DNA of 64,000 nucleotides, taken from contig JAYVSZ010000015.1 in assembly GCA_043774925.1 (NCBI GenBank), positions 5,031-69,030 of the forward strand, in the 5' to 3' direction. The DNA is from Methylophilaceae bacterium. Its GTDB lineage: Bacteria; Pseudomonadota; Gammaproteobacteria; Burkholderiales; Methylophilaceae. Of the stretch, positions 1 through 11,139 are shown piece after piece (the first letter of the stretch is position 1; each line of letters begins with the position of its first letter). The notes beneath the pieces are model-generated. The model saw nothing but the letters and a program-made list of their open reading frames with translations. It was not told the DNA's origin and searched no databases. A program made the translations under genes and the position numbers.

Positions 1-332
1 GTAAATTCGGCAAAAATGATAAATTAGCGAAAAAAGCTTTGTCTAACGGCGCCGAAATTAATGCGCGCAGTTTGGATAAAGACGCAGAATTTGAGGCTGA
101 TCGCATGGGCATGGTATTGGCCAGCCGCGCGGGTTACGACGCGTTTGGCTTGCCGGAAGTATTGCAAACCATTGGACAAACTAACAAGTCTGATAACAGC
201 GTTGCGCTGCTCTACAAAACACATCCTGCGCCAGATGAACGCCTAGCCAAGTTAGGCGATAGTGCGGGCAACCAGTTGGACAACGTGAAAGCAGGAAAAA
301 CGCTGGAAAGCAGGCTTTATAAGCTCAATTAG
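1..332 (+). CDS. M48-family zinc metallopeptidase, C-terminal part (5' end outside window)
   Basis: Frame is open from the window edge. EFEADRMGMVLASRAGYD and THPAPDERLAKL segments are typical of the M48 (BepA/YfgC-like) catalytic-domain C-terminus. Confidence 0.7.
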   Translation, partial: KFGKNDKLAKKALSNGAEINARSLDKDAEFEADRMGMVLASRAGYDAFGLPEVLQTIGQTNKSDNSVALLYKTHPAPDERLAKLGDSAGNQLDNVKAGKTLESRLYKLN

Positions 333-521
333 GCATTGATAATAGGTGCAGAAAAACCATATATTGAACTTAGTTTATGTTGTATAATCTTAACCATATC
401 AACTAAATAAAGCTGTTGGTACCATTCGCTAAGTGAATAGCACGATAATAATAACTATAAATTTATTTAGCATTCAATCATTTGTAACACATCAGGGTTT
501 CTCAATTTTTGGAGGAACAAC

Positions 522-752
522 ATGACTAAAAGCAATATTCGTAGCAAAATCGTCATCGGCACATTTCTAATTTCAACTTTAGTTTTAAGCGGCTGCGCAG
601 GCATGACGCATCGCCAGCAAAATGCTGCGGTCGGCGCTGCTGTTGGTGGGGTTGCGGGCGCCGTGCTAACAGGCGGCAGCGCCTTCGGAACGGTTGGCGG
701 CGCGGCCATTGGCGGCATTATTGGTCATGGCGTGGACGGCTTCCGCAAGTAG
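522..752 (+). CDS. small glycine-zipper lipoprotein (OsmB/YMGG-like)
   Basis: Lipobox LSGC after a hydrophobic N-terminus, then GxxxG-rich AVGAAVGGVAGAVLTGGSAFGTVGGAAIGGIIG. GGAGGA Shine-Dalgarno 7 nt upstream. Confidence 0.6.
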   Translation: MTKSNIRSKIVIGTFLISTLVLSGCAGMTHRQQNAAVGAAVGGVAGAVLTGGSAFGTVGGAAIGGIIGHGVDGFRK

Positions 753-831
753 CCACTAAGCGAGTTGCGCCTAATTTAAATTGCATTAGATTTTTAGTTA
801 AACCAGACTTCTCGTTAAACCAAATCTCTAG

Positions 832-1842
832 TCAAACCAAGTTTTTAGCGCGTAACTCGCTCTTAATATAAGCGTAATAAATTGGCGCGGCAACAACGCC
901 CGCCAGGCCAAATGTCGCTTCCATCATCAGCATCGCAATCAACAACTCCCAAGCATGGGCGCGGATTTGATCGCCGACGATTCTCGCGTTCAAAAAGTAC
1001 TCAAACTTGTGAATAATCACCAAATATAACAACGAACCCAGCGCCACACTTAGCGATTGGCTCAAACTCACAATCACAATCATGCTGTTGGACATGAGAT
1101 TGCCGACAACCGGAATGAGACCAAGCACAAAAGTAATCGCAATGAGCGTTTTAACCAGCGGTAAATGCACGCCCAGCAATGGCAGCACGATTGCTAAATA
1201 AATACCGGTAAATGCGGCGTTGATGGCCGAAATGCGCACTTGCGCAAACACCACGCGCCTAAACGCATCGCCAAACAAAGCTGCGCGCTGTGCCAAGGCA
1301 TGCGCAAACGGTTGAAAATTATCTTCCACAGCCGCATCGCGCAACGCCACAATCCCGCCAATAATCATGCCAATCAGCACATGCGCTGTCGCCCGTCCGG
1401 CTTCCTTACCCACGCCTTGCAGCTCGCTGCCATGCTGGCGCAGCCACTCGGAAGCTTGCGCTTGGAACGCAATCGCGTCGGCAGGTAAACGCATCAAAAT
1501 CCATGCAGGTAAAATTTTGCGACTGTCTTCAAGAATTTGCGCCATTTTTCCCAATAACACCGTTAAGCTGCCCGATTCTGACCTAAAAAATGCCACCAAG
1601 CCCGCGCCCGCCAACGTGAGTAGCGATACCACAATGACAATTAAAATGGCGATTGCAATCAATTTCCCGCGTTGCACAATCAGCTTCCGCTCGATAAACG
1701 GCGTAAGAATATGAATCAGCTCGTATACCAACAAACCCGCCAGCAGCGAGGGTAGCAGGTTAAATTTCAGCACAAATAACATCGCCATACCAATAAGTAT
1801 CCAAGCGGCGATTTCGTATTTGTTCGTTTGCAATTCTTTCAT
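832..1842 (-). CDS. AI-2E family transporter (PerM/YhhT-like permease)
   Basis: 336-aa polytopic membrane protein. C-terminal GLIPVVGN...EYFLNARIVG...LLIAMLMMEATFGLAGVVAAPIYYAY pattern is typical of the AI-2E/UPF0118 family. Confidence 0.75.
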   Translation of the reverse strand: MKELQTNKYEIAAWILIGMAMLFVLKFNLLPSLLAGLLVYELIHILTPFIERKLIVQRGKLIAIAILIVIVVSLLTLAGAGLVAFFRSESGSLTVLLGKMAQILEDSRKILPAWILMRLPADAIAFQAQASEWLRQHGSELQGVGKEAGRATAHVLIGMIIGGIVALRDAAVEDNFQPFAHALAQRAALFGDAFRRVVFAQVRISAINAAFTGIYLAIVLPLLGVHLPLVKTLIAITFVLGLIPVVGNLMSNSMIVIVSLSQSLSVALGSLLYLVIIHKFEYFLNARIVGDQIRAHAWELLIAMLMMEATFGLAGVVAAPIYYAYIKSELRAKNLV

Positions 1843-1844
1843 CT

Positions 1845-2405
1845 TTATCCAAATCTACTCATTAAAGTTTGCGCTTGCATCGCTGGCAGGCTAATTTTCA
1901 CAAGCACCGCATCGCCAAACGATTTATCAATGATTTTACCTTTTAATTGTAAAACCGCGCGCGCCAATTCGTCCACACGATTATATTGTACGGTCAAATT
2001 CAGCTCCTGCATTTCTACAAAAGGCACGTCAGAAGCCGCTTCCAGCGCCATTCTCGCCGTGCCACCATAAGCACGCGCAAGACCGCCTGTGCCTAAATTC
2101 ACGCCACCATAATAGCGAATTACGCCGACGCAGACGTTAATTAAATCGCGCCCTTCCAGCATTTGCAATATCGGTTTGCCCGCGGTGCCGCTTGGCTCGC
2201 CAGCGTCTGAAAAGCGAGGCACAATGCCATCCGACGTTTTAATTCTAAATGCATAAGCCAAATGGCTTGCGGCTTGATGTTGCGTAGCGATTGCACGCAA
2301 AAATGCGCCCACTTCTTGCTCTGAGCTGCAGCTTGCGGCCCAAGCCAAAAATTTTGATTTAGTAATAGTTTGTTCGGCAAAGCCTGATTTTTCAATAGTT
2401 TGCAA
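1845..2405 (-). CDS. yigZ: YigZ/IMPACT-family protein (UPF0029)
   Basis: SKFLAWA...H.AYAFR...SDAGEPSGTAGKPIL...VIRYYGG.NLGTGGLARAYG motif series characteristic of the IMPACT N-terminal domain. Confidence 0.75.
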   Translation of the reverse strand: MQTIEKSGFAEQTITKSKFLAWAASCSSEQEVGAFLRAIATQHQAASHLAYAFRIKTSDGIVPRFSDAGEPSGTAGKPILQMLEGRDLINVCVGVIRYYGGVNLGTGGLARAYGGTARMALEAASDVPFVEMQELNLTVQYNRVDELARAVLQLKGKIIDKSFGDAVLVKISLPAMQAQTLMSRFG

Positions 2406-2408
2406 TGC

Positions 2409-4085
2409 TTAGTTCAGCCCTGTGATATTGCCGTGCGAGTCAATATCAATGCGACTGCTGGCAGGGGTCTTGGGTAAACCGGGCATCGTCATCATGTCGC
2501 CGCAAATCGCCACAACAAAGCCCGCACCGCGCGATAAACGCAATTCGCGCACGTGTAGCGTGTGGCCGCTGGGTGCACCACGCAATGTCGGGTCGCTAGA
2601 AAACGAATATTGCGTTTTGGCGATGCAAATGGGGAACTTACTGTAGTGCGCCTCCAGCGATTTAAGCTGAGAAGCCGCATCAGCGCTTAATTCTACGTTT
2701 TTGGCACCATACATTTTCGTCGCAATCGTTTCGATTTTTTTCAACAAGCTATCACTATCATTGTAAAGCAGCTTGAATTTGGATTTTTTTTGTTCAATTT
2801 CCGCGACGACCGCGTGTGCCAAGTCAGTCGCACCGGCGCCGCCTTCTGCCCAATGTTTGCAGATAATCGCTTGGCTACCAAGTCGCTCGACTTCCTTTTT
2901 GAGTGTAGCAACTTCCAAGTCGGTATCTTGCGTAAAATGATTAATTGCAACGATCACTTGCAAACCAAAATTATCATGACAATTATTAATATGTCGTTTT
3001 AAATTACTGATTCCATTAATTAAATAATCTATATTTTCAACACTTAATTCTTTCAAATCTGCACCGCCGTGATACTTCAGTGCGCGAATCGTCACCACAA
3101 TCACTACCACTTCTGGCTGTAGATTGGCCTTGCGACACTTAATATCGATAAATTTCTCTGCGCCCAAATCGGCGCCAAAACCTGCTTCGGTAATCACGTA
3201 ATCCGCTAGTTTTAACGCCGTTTTAGTTGCCACTACCGAGTTGCAACCGTGCGCGATATTGGCAAATGGACCGCCGTGAATAATCGCTGGCGTGTGCTCT
3301 AAAGTTTGCACCAAATTCGGCTGAAATGCATCTTTGAGCAAAGCCGCCATCGCGCCATGTGCCTCTAGCAGCCGCGCCGTTATTGGCTCTCCAGCCATGC
3401 TCTTTGCCACTTGAATTTCACCTAAGCGCGTTTTTAAATCGTCTAAATTTTCTGCCAAACAGAAAATCGCCATCACTTCCGACGCTACTGTGATGTCAAA
3501 ACCAGTTTCGGTTTCATGGCGCTGCTGATGAAGCGTCGCGCGGCGCAAAGCACGGTCGTTCATATCCATGCAGCGCCGCCAAGTAATTGTTTTTAAATCA
3601 ATATTGAGTGAATTTCCATGGTAAATATGATTATCCACCAGCGCCGCAAGCAAGTTATTCGCCGCCGTAATCGCGTGGAAATCGCCCGTAAAATGTAAGT
3701 TGATATTTTCCATCGGTATCGCTTGCGCGTAACCGCCGCCCGTCGCGCCGCCTTTAATGCCAAAAACTGGCCCAAGTGAAGGTTCGCGCAGGCAAATAAT
3801 GGCTTTTTTTGCTGATTTTTCTTTTTTAAATAGGTGATTCAGCGCGTCTGCAAGGCCAATCGTGGTGGTGGTTTTGCCTTCGCCTGCAGGTGTTGGGCTA
3901 ATGGCGGTCACCAGCACCAATTTTCCACTAGGTTTTTTTTGAATGTTACGCAGACAGTCTGCGCTCAATTTCGCGATATGATGACCGTACGGAATAAGCG
4001 CATCCGCAGTAATGCCAAGCGTTTTGGCAACCGTTAGTATTGGTTTTAACTCTGCCGCCTGCGCAATTTCAATATCGCTGAGCAT
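2409..4085 (-). CDS. fhs: formate--tetrahydrofolate ligase
   Basis: 558 aa. MLSDIEIAQ start, [16 protein letters not shown]-loop, [19 protein letters not shown] and full-length FTHFS-like sequence. Confidence 0.95.
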   Translation of the reverse strand: MLSDIEIAQAAELKPILTVAKTLGITADALIPYGHHIAKLSADCLRNIQKKPSGKLVLVTAISPTPAGEGKTTTTIGLADALNHLFKKEKSAKKAIICLREPSLGPVFGIKGGATGGGYAQAIPMENINLHFTGDFHAITAANNLLAALVDNHIYHGNSLNIDLKTITWRRCMDMNDRALRRATLHQQRHETETGFDITVASEVMAIFCLAENLDDLKTRLGEIQVAKSMAGEPITARLLEAHGAMAALLKDAFQPNLVQTLEHTPAIIHGGPFANIAHGCNSVVATKTALKLADYVITEAGFGADLGAEKFIDIKCRKANLQPEVVVIVVTIRALKYHGGADLKELSVENIDYLINGISNLKRHINNCHDNFGLQVIVAINHFTQDTDLEVATLKKEVERLGSQAIICKHWAEGGAGATDLAHAVVAEIEQKKSKFKLLYNDSDSLLKKIETIATKMYGAKNVELSADAASQLKSLEAHYSKFPICIAKTQYSFSSDPTLRGAPSGHTLHVRELRLSRGAGFVVAICGDMMTMPGLPKTPASSRIDIDSHGNITGLN

Positions 4086-5549
4086 TTATTTGCGACCGCC
4101 TAAAATACTACCCAACACGCCGCGAATAATGCTACGCCCAAGCTGCGAACCGACAGCGCGCGCTGCCGATTTGGCAGCACTTTCTAAGATTGTGTCGGAG
4201 TTTTTACTACGCCCGCCAAACATGCCGCCCCAATCAAAGCCTTTACCCTCCTCGGCTGCTGGCGCACTTTCTGCAGCACGTTTGGTGAGTATTTCGTAGG
4301 CCGATTCACGATCAATTTGTTTCTCGTAAAACCCTGCCACAATTGAGTTGGCAATGGTTACAGCGCGTTCCGCATCTGTCGCTGGGCCAATGCGGCTTTG
4401 CGGAGGCACAATAAACGTGCGCTCGACTGGTGTTGGAGTGCCCTTTTCATCTAAAAATGAAACCAGCGCCTCACCCACGCCCAACTCGGTAATCGCTGTC
4501 CTTACATCTACTTTTGGATTGGTTCTAAATGTTTCTGCGGCAGAATTTACAGCCTTTTGGTCGCGCGGTGTAAATGCACGCAAGGCATGCTGCACGCGGT
4601 TTCCCAGCTGACCAAGTACGATATCAGGAATGTCTAAAGGATTTTGACTGACGAAATAAACGCCCACGCCTTTGGAGCGAATGAGGCGAATCACTTGTTC
4701 GATCTTGCTCATCAGCACTTGCGGCGCATCGGTAAACAGCAAATGCGCTTCGTCAAAGAAAAATACCAGTTTTGGTTTTTCTAAATCGCCGACTTCAGGT
4801 AGTTTTTCAAATAAGTCTGAAAGCAAACTTAACAACAAAGTCGCATACACACGCGGCGAGTTAAACAACTTATCGGAAGCCAGAATGTTAATCACGCCGC
4901 GGCCTTGCGCGTCAGTCTGAATCAGGTCATCCAAGTTAAGTGCAGGCTCGCCAAATAACACATCGCCGCCCTCGGTTTCAATTTGCAATAATGCCCGCTG
5001 CAGCGCGCCAACACTGGCTGCCGAGATATTACCATATTGTGTTTGATACTCGGCAGAATGCTCCGCCGCGTGCTGTGACATGGCGCGTAAATCTTTCAAA
5101 TCCAGCAACAACCAACCTTTGTCGTCAGCGATTTTGAAAATGGAATTAAGCACGCCACCTTGCACGTCGTTGAGATTAAGCATGCGCGCCAACAATAATG
5201 GCCCCATTTCGGCAATGGTGGTGCGTACGGGGTGACCTTTTACGCCAAATACATCCCAAAATGTGACGGGTGAAGCTTGTGGTTTGAAATCAGCTAAATT
5301 AAGCTGCGCCACGCGCGCATCTACTTTTGGGTTGCCGCCGCCCGCTTGGCTCATGCCAGACAAATCACCCTTCACATCCGCCATAAATACAGGCACACCA
5401 AGCTTGGAAAAACCTTCTGCCAAGCTTTGCAGCGTCACCGTTTTACCTGTGCCAGTCGCGCCCGCAATCAAACCGTGGCGATTCGCCATTTTGGGCAAAA
5501 TAAAGCTACTAATATCGGCGTTTTTAGCGATTAAAATGGGATCTGCCAT
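4086..5549 (-). CDS. DUF853/HerA-like P-loop ATPase (YjgR family)
   Basis: [17 protein letters not shown] Walker [12 protein letters not shown] Walker B-like, [12 protein letters not shown]. Length and tail typical of YjgR-type proteins. Confidence 0.85.
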   Translation of the reverse strand: MADPILIAKNADISSFILPKMANRHGLIAGATGTGKTVTLQSLAEGFSKLGVPVFMADVKGDLSGMSQAGGGNPKVDARVAQLNLADFKPQASPVTFWDVFGVKGHPVRTTIAEMGPLLLARMLNLNDVQGGVLNSIFKIADDKGWLLLDLKDLRAMSQHAAEHSAEYQTQYGNISAASVGALQRALLQIETEGGDVLFGEPALNLDDLIQTDAQGRGVINILASDKLFNSPRVYATLLLSLLSDLFEKLPEVGDLEKPKLVFFFDEAHLLFTDAPQVLMSKIEQVIRLIRSKGVGVYFVSQNPLDIPDIVLGQLGNRVQHALRAFTPRDQKAVNSAAETFRTNPKVDVRTAITELGVGEALVSFLDEKGTPTPVERTFIVPPQSRIGPATDAERAVTIANSIVAGFYEKQIDRESAYEILTKRAAESAPAAEEGKGFDWGGMFGGRSKNSDTILESAAKSAARAVGSQLGRSIIRGVLGSILGGRK

Positions 5550-5579
5550 GCGAACATTACTTTCTTTTAAATAAGATGA

Positions 5580-6113
5580 TTATATTTCACCCTTGCTGGC
5601 TTTGCTAATCATTTGAATCAGCGCGTCTTCTAGTTGCTGAGCAGCTTTCTTAGCACGCTCTGAGGGGTTTTTTATGCTTTTTAAATCATAAGTTGGGCGC
5701 GCTAAGCCTAAAAATAAATGTGATTTTTTATCGGCGCCAAGTTTCTCATATATAGCCACTCGACACGGCGCAAAAACCAAAAACTCTGGATGATCGAGAA
5801 AAATTTCTGTACCCATACTGAGATTACAAAACGAATGCACCTCTTTAACGCCTTGCGGGTCGATGCCGCGCGCTTTAATATGGTCGCCGATGGGAAAATT
5901 GGCGGGATTGACGAAATTCATGCCTTCCGACACGCTTTTTAGGCTATCTACGACGTCTTGATAGCTCACGCCGTCTTTCACTTGCACTTCATATATCGCG
6001 CTATTGGGGTTGATGCTGGTGTAGCTTGCTTGCGGGCTTTCTACGGCCACTTTATTGCTAGCACATGCGCTAAGCACAAGCAAAAAAGCAGTCGCGCGTA
6101 ATAATTTAGCCAT
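5580..6113 (-). CDS. DUF302-domain lipoprotein
   Basis: Lipobox LSAC. SFCNLSMGTEIFLDHPEFLVFAPCRVAIYEK matches the DUF302 core pattern (FCN...P...PCR..VYE). Confidence 0.6.
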   Translation of the reverse strand: MAKLLRATAFLLVLSACASNKVAVESPQASYTSINPNSAIYEVQVKDGVSYQDVVDSLKSVSEGMNFVNPANFPIGDHIKARGIDPQGVKEVHSFCNLSMGTEIFLDHPEFLVFAPCRVAIYEKLGADKKSHLFLGLARPTYDLKSIKNPSERAKKAAQQLEDALIQMISKASKGEI

Positions 6114-6120
6114 TGAATTT

Positions 6121-7056
6121 TTAAATCATTGAATGTGTGATTTTAAATGCATCATCCACCGCTCTACGGTTAAATTTGGGCGAAAGCATTTCAATAAAGC
6201 CGTAAGTATAGCCGCGCATAAAGGCATCTTTGCGTACGCCCAAATAAGTGGTGCTAGCTGGGAATAAATGACTGCAATCTAGTCGCACCAAGTGATTATC
6301 GCGCTCTTCATCAAACGCCATGTTAGCAATTAAGCCGATACCCAAACCCAAATTGACATAGGTTTTAATTACATCCGCATCAATCGCCGTCAGCACCACA
6401 TTGGGCATAACACCCGCATTGTGGAACACTTTGGAAACGATTGTGCTGCCAGTAAATGCAAAATCGTATGTAATCAGCGGGTAGCTGGCGATATGCGCCA
6501 AAGTCAGGGGCGCGGCGTCTATCAAACGGTGGCCTTTTGGCACAACCACGCAGCGATTCCACTCGTAACACGGCAGGCACAGCAAGCGCTCATCTTGGCT
6601 AATCGCCTCGGTCGCAATGCCAATGTCCGCCTCACCGCTGGCGATTTGCGCGGTGACCTGCGAGGGGTTACCTTGGTGAATATTGAGTTTAACGTGTGGA
6701 TAAGTTTCCATAAATTGCTTTACCGCAGCGGGCAATTTGTAGCGCGCTTGCGTGTGCGTGGTGGCAATGGTGAGCGTGCCAGTTTCTACTTTACTAAACT
6801 CGTCGCCAACGCGCTTGATGTTTTGCATCTCAAGAATCACCGTGGCAGCCAGTTTGATGATGTGTTTACCAGGCTCGGTTACGCCAGTTAAACGTTTGCC
6901 ATTGCGCTGAAAAATCTGCAAATTCAATTCTTCTTCAAGCAACTGAATCTGCTTGCTGACGCCAGGTTGTGAAGTGTGCAATGCCTCAGCCGCCGCAGAA
7001 ATGCTCAGTCCTTGGCGCACCACCTCATGCACATATTTTAATTGGTGTAGTTTCAT
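6121..7056 (-). CDS. cysB: LysR-family transcriptional regulator, CysB-like
   Basis: N-terminus MKLHQLKYVHEVVRQGLSISAAAEALHTSQPGVSKQIQLLEEEL closely resembles the CysB/Cbl HTH. Divergent from a sulfate-assimilation operon. Confidence 0.8.
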   Translation of the reverse strand: MKLHQLKYVHEVVRQGLSISAAAEALHTSQPGVSKQIQLLEEELNLQIFQRNGKRLTGVTEPGKHIIKLAATVILEMQNIKRVGDEFSKVETGTLTIATTHTQARYKLPAAVKQFMETYPHVKLNIHQGNPSQVTAQIASGEADIGIATEAISQDERLLCLPCYEWNRCVVVPKGHRLIDAAPLTLAHIASYPLITYDFAFTGSTIVSKVFHNAGVMPNVVLTAIDADVIKTYVNLGLGIGLIANMAFDEERDNHLVRLDCSHLFPASTTYLGVRKDAFMRGYTYGFIEMLSPKFNRRAVDDAFKITHSMI

Positions 7057-7168
7057 TTAGAGCCTCTTTTTGCTAATGCTTCCTTTATAACTAAACAGCA
7101 TACTAAAATAACAAATAAGTATTAAATAATTATATGAGTATCTGTTATATTACGCGACTAATTTCGTT

Positions 7169-8029
7169 ATGTGTGGAATAAGCATGAATTTTTATTACAT
7201 TTTTGCAGGGTTTGCTGTCGGCTTGCTAGTCGGACTCACTGGCGTGGGCGGCGGCTCGCTCATGACGCCGATTTTGCTCATATTTTTCAACGTCAAAGCG
7301 GCCGTTGCAGTGGGCACCGATTTGCTTTATGCATCGATTACCAAGTCCGCAGGTATTTTTGCGCATGGCAAGCTAGGCAATATCGATTGGCACATTGTTA
7401 AATTGCTGGCTTATGGCAGTGTGCCCGCCTCTGTTATCACTACGTTATATTTGAGGACACTCGATATTACGTCTGACAATGCCGTGGCGGAAATCAAATT
7501 CTGGCTGGGCATCGCGCTACTGCTCACTTCGCTGTCGGTTTTGTTTCGCAATCAATTGGCCAAACTCTCCAAAACTGGGCATTGGGTTAACCCGAAATAT
7601 ACGCCTGCGGCAACCATTATTTTAGGACTTATTTTAGGCTTTTTAGTCACGCTCACCTCCGTGGGCGCGGGCGCGCTGGGCGTTACCGCCTTGCTGATTC
7701 TGTACCCGAAAGCACATATCACCAAAATCGTCGGCACAGATGTCGCGCATGCGGTACCTCTGACGCTGGTGGCGGGCTTGGGCCACGTCACGCTTGGCAC
7801 GGTGGATTACTCACTTTTAGGCACACTACTTATCGGCTCCATTCCTGGCATTTGGATTGGTAGCCATTTAAGCTCAAAAGTTGCGGAACATTGGGTACGC
7901 ACAGTGCTCGCGCTGATTTTGGTTTATGTTGGTCAGAAATTAGCATTTCCGCAGTTTAATCAATTACTTGGAATTTCATTTTTGCTATTTATAATCGCTT
8001 TAAAGCAACTTGGATTTAAAAAATCTTAA
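7169..8029 (+). CDS. TauE/SafE-family sulfite exporter-like membrane protein (alternative start ATG at 7184)
   Basis: Polytopic protein with duplicated G.GGG..M.P motifs (GVGGGSLMTPIL; SVGAGALGV). First gene of the cysI operon. Confidence 0.8.
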   Translation: MCGISMNFYYIFAGFAVGLLVGLTGVGGGSLMTPILLIFFNVKAAVAVGTDLLYASITKSAGIFAHGKLGNIDWHIVKLLAYGSVPASVITTLYLRTLDITSDNAVAEIKFWLGIALLLTSLSVLFRNQLAKLSKTGHWVNPKYTPAATIILGLILGFLVTLTSVGAGALGVTALLILYPKAHITKIVGTDVAHAVPLTLVAGLGHVTLGTVDYSLLGTLLIGSIPGIWIGSHLSSKVAEHWVRTVLALILVYVGQKLAFPQFNQLLGISFLLFIIALKQLGFKKS

Positions 8030-8085
8030 GCGAATACAGTCATTTTGCATTAAAATAGCGGGCTAACTTTAATTAGCAAAGCACC

Positions 8086-9750
8086 ATGTATAAATACGAT
8101 GAAATAGATCAAACCTTAGTAAATGAGCGCGTTGCGCAATACCGCGACCAAACACGCCGTTACTTGGCCAAAGAGCTTAGCGAAGACGAATTTCGTCCGC
8201 TACGCCTGCAAAACGGCTTGTATATTCAGCGTCACGCGCCCATGCTGCGTATTGCCGTGCCTTACGGCATGTTATCTAGCAAACAGTTGCACAAATTAGC
8301 AGATATTGCCACTAAGTACGACAAAGGCTACGGCCATTTTAGTACACGCCAAAACTTGCAACTCAATTGGCCGAAACTGGAAGAAGTGCCTGATATTTTG
8401 GCGGAACTCGCCACCGTGGAAATGCACGCCATTCAAACTAGCGGTAACTGCATACGCAACATTACTACCGACCAATTTGCTGGCATTGCGCCAGATGAAA
8501 TTATTGATCCACGCGCCATGGCGGAGATTTTGCGCCAATGGAGCACGTTCCATCCAGAGTTCGCGCTGTTACCGCGCAAATTCAAAATCGCCGTCTCTGG
8601 CACCAAAGAAGACCGCGCCGTGGTGCAAATGCACGATATTGGCATGGAATTTTATCCTGATGCGCAAGGCAAAACAGCCATCAAAGTATGGGTAGGCGGC
8701 GGGCTGGGACGCACGCCAATACTAGGTGTGGTGATTCGCGAGCATTTGGAATGGCAACACGCACTTACCTATTGCGAGGCGATTATTCGCGTGTATAACT
8801 TGCATGGTCGCCGCGATAATATTTACAAAGCACGCATCAAAATTTTGGTGAAAGCGTTGGGCATTGAAGAATTTAAAAAACAAGTAGAGGCCGAATGGGC
8901 AAACTTGAAAGACGCGCCAAATACCATTACAGAAGTCGAGTTAAATCGTGTAGCCAAGCATTTTGATGTAATGCCTTATGCCCTACTGCCCAATAACGAC
9001 GCGGGTTTCGACGCGGCGATTGCCAGCAACCCCGCTTTTTCGGCTTGGGTAAAACGTTGCGTGCATGCACATAAACAGCCTGGCTATCGCGCCGTCACCT
9101 TATCCTTAAAACCACACGGCAAAGCGCCTGGCGACGCGACGAGTGAGCAAATGCACGTAGTTGCGGACTTGGCAGAACAATACAGTTTTGGCGAATTGCG
9201 CGTTTCGCATGAGCAAAATTTAATTCTCGCCGATGTCAAACTGAGTGACTTATTTGCGCTGTGGCAAAAAGCCCGTGCAAATGGCTTGGCAACGCCGAAT
9301 ATTGGCCTTCTTACCGATATTATTTGCTGCCCGGGCGGCGATTTCTGTTCATTGGCAAACGCAAAAAGCATCCCGATTGCCGAAGCCATTCAAATGCAAT
9401 TCGACAACCTCGATTATTTACACGACATCGGCGACATCGAAATCAATATTTCTGGCTGCATGAACGCCTGCGGTCATCACCATGTGGGCCATATTGGCAT
9501 TTTGGGCGTGGATAAAGACAGTGAAGAATGGTATCAAGTCTCGCTAGGCGGCAAGCAAGGCAACGATGCCAGCATCGGCAGCGTGATTGGCCGCTCGTTC
9601 GCAGCAGATGAAATGCCGGGCGTGGTGCAAAAATTGATTGATGTGTACGTGAAAGAACGCACGCCTGAAGAGCGCTTTATCGACACCGTGCGCCGCTTAG
9701 GCTTAGAGCCGTTCAAAACCAACGTTTATGCGGCAAAGGAAGTAGCATGA
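8086..9750 (+). CDS. cysI: sulfite reductase hemoprotein (nitrite/sulfite reductase family)
   Basis: 554 aa. Siroheme/4Fe-4S cysteine cluster CCPGGDFCSLA ... SGCMNACGHHHVGHIGILG. Context with cysH/cysDN. Confidence 0.85.
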   Translation: MYKYDEIDQTLVNERVAQYRDQTRRYLAKELSEDEFRPLRLQNGLYIQRHAPMLRIAVPYGMLSSKQLHKLADIATKYDKGYGHFSTRQNLQLNWPKLEEVPDILAELATVEMHAIQTSGNCIRNITTDQFAGIAPDEIIDPRAMAEILRQWSTFHPEFALLPRKFKIAVSGTKEDRAVVQMHDIGMEFYPDAQGKTAIKVWVGGGLGRTPILGVVIREHLEWQHALTYCEAIIRVYNLHGRRDNIYKARIKILVKALGIEEFKKQVEAEWANLKDAPNTITEVELNRVAKHFDVMPYALLPNNDAGFDAAIASNPAFSAWVKRCVHAHKQPGYRAVTLSLKPHGKAPGDATSEQMHVVADLAEQYSFGELRVSHEQNLILADVKLSDLFALWQKARANGLATPNIGLLTDIICCPGGDFCSLANAKSIPIAEAIQMQFDNLDYLHDIGDIEINISGCMNACGHHHVGHIGILGVDKDSEEWYQVSLGGKQGNDASIGSVIGRSFAADEMPGVVQKLIDVYVKERTPEERFIDTVRRLGLEPFKTNVYAAKEVA

Positions 9751-10364
9751 GCAACTTAATTCAACTCAAAAACGGCGTTGCTTCAATCGTTGACGATACT
9801 TGGACGATTGTGCCACTGCCCGCCAGCCTAGTGGAAGAGCGCAAACAAGCAGGCAAGGTGGTCCTGTTTAAACTCACTGGTGAAAAAACTGTCACGGATG
9901 AACAAATCGCTAACACCGAGATTACCGCAGTCGGCAATATTATTGTGCCTTTAAGCGTATTTATCGCAAGAAGGAATGAGCTTGAGAGCCGCATGGCTGC
10001 TAGTGAATTGGGCATCTGGCTGGCGACGCATGAAGTGCTGGAAGACTTAATTCACGCGGTTGACGACATCAACAAATTACCGATGATCGCCGTGTTTGTA
10101 GAACGTTTCGCCGATGGCCGTATTTTCTCGCTCGGCACGCTTTTGCGCACGCGTTACGGCTTTAAAAACGAGCTGCGCGCCTTTGGCGACGTACTTAGAG
10201 ATCAACTGTTTTTTCTTAAACGCGCTGGCTTTAGCAGTTTTCAAATCCGTGCAAATCGCAGCGCAGAAGACGCAATTGCCAGCTTAAACGACTTCACTGC
10301 GCCCTACCAAGGCGCTGTTGACGAGCCGCGCCCCGTGTTTGCGCGCTACAACCGAGGCGCATAA
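9747..10364 (+). CDS. DUF934-domain protein (sulfite-reductase-associated)
   Basis: ATGA overlap with cysI. FADGRIFSLGTLLRTRYGFKNELRAFGDVLRDQLFFLKRAGFSSF is the typical DUF934 core. This is the conserved position between cysI and cysH. Confidence 0.8.
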   Translation: MSNLIQLKNGVASIVDDTWTIVPLPASLVEERKQAGKVVLFKLTGEKTVTDEQIANTEITAVGNIIVPLSVFIARRNELESRMAASELGIWLATHEVLEDLIHAVDDINKLPMIAVFVERFADGRIFSLGTLLRTRYGFKNELRAFGDVLRDQLFFLKRAGFSSFQIRANRSAEDAIASLNDFTAPYQGAVDEPRPVFARYNRGA

Positions 10365-10367
10365 ATA

Positions 10368-11138
10368 ATGTCTGGTGAAGTCAGTTTTTTGAAGCCAAGC
10401 GCAAGCAGCGTTACCATCAACTCGGCAACCAATCCGACGTTGACGGATGCGCTGAAAGCCAGCGTGCAAGCCAAGACTGGCGCGGTGCTGGCTGTGCTAA
10501 AAAATGCCGAGAAAACCTTCCGGCCCATGACGTTTGCCAATAGTTTTGGTGCAGAAGACATGGTGCTGACCGACATTATTTTAAAAAATAAGCTCAATAT
10601 CGAGGTGTTTTCACTGGATACTGGCCGCCTACCAACTGAAACTTACGATTTAATTGGCGAAACCGAAAAGCATTACAACACCAAGTTGCGTGTGTATTTT
10701 CCGCAAGCGAATACCGTTGAGTTTTATGTTAAAAATCATGGTATTAACGCATTTTATGAAAGTGTTGAATTAAGAAAAAGTTGCTGCCACATGCGCAAGG
10801 TCGAGCCGCTACAACGTGCTTTAAGCGGCAAAAAGGCTTGGGTAACGGGCATGCGCGCCGAGCAAGCCACAACGCGTGCCAATTTGCCTGTGCAAGAATA
10901 TGATGAAGGCAACAAATTAGAGAAATTTAACCCACTTAGCGATTGGACAGAGCAAGAAGTTTGGGCGTATATCCGCATGTTTGGCGTGCCATACAACGCA
11001 CTACACGACCAGTTCTATCCGAGCATCGGCTGCGCGCCATGTACGCGCGCCATCGCCTTGGGCGAAGATGTGCGCGCTGGTAGATGGTGGTGGGAAGACG
11101 CGAACAGCAAAGAATGCGGACTTCACGTTAAAAACTAA
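10368..11138 (+). CDS. cysH: adenylyl-sulfate (APS)/PAPS reductase, thioredoxin-dependent; Cys pattern indicates APS-reductase type
   Basis: SFGAEDMVL, KSCCHMRKVEPL and SIGCAPCTRA (CC...CxxC Fe-S ligands), C-terminal catalytic ECGLH. Confidence 0.9.
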   Translation: MSGEVSFLKPSASSVTINSATNPTLTDALKASVQAKTGAVLAVLKNAEKTFRPMTFANSFGAEDMVLTDIILKNKLNIEVFSLDTGRLPTETYDLIGETEKHYNTKLRVYFPQANTVEFYVKNHGINAFYESVELRKSCCHMRKVEPLQRALSGKKAWVTGMRAEQATTRANLPVQEYDEGNKLEKFNPLSDWTEQEVWAYIRMFGVPYNALHDQFYPSIGCAPCTRAIALGEDVRAGRWWWEDANSKECGLHVKN

Positions 11139-11139
11139 A

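Noticed and set aside
364-388. TTGAAC ... TGTATAAT promoter-like sequence upstream of the glycine-zipper lipoprotein gene
   Set aside because: The -35/-10 spacing is only 13 nt. Only the -10 (possibly extended -10) is convincing, so it is not reported as a feature.
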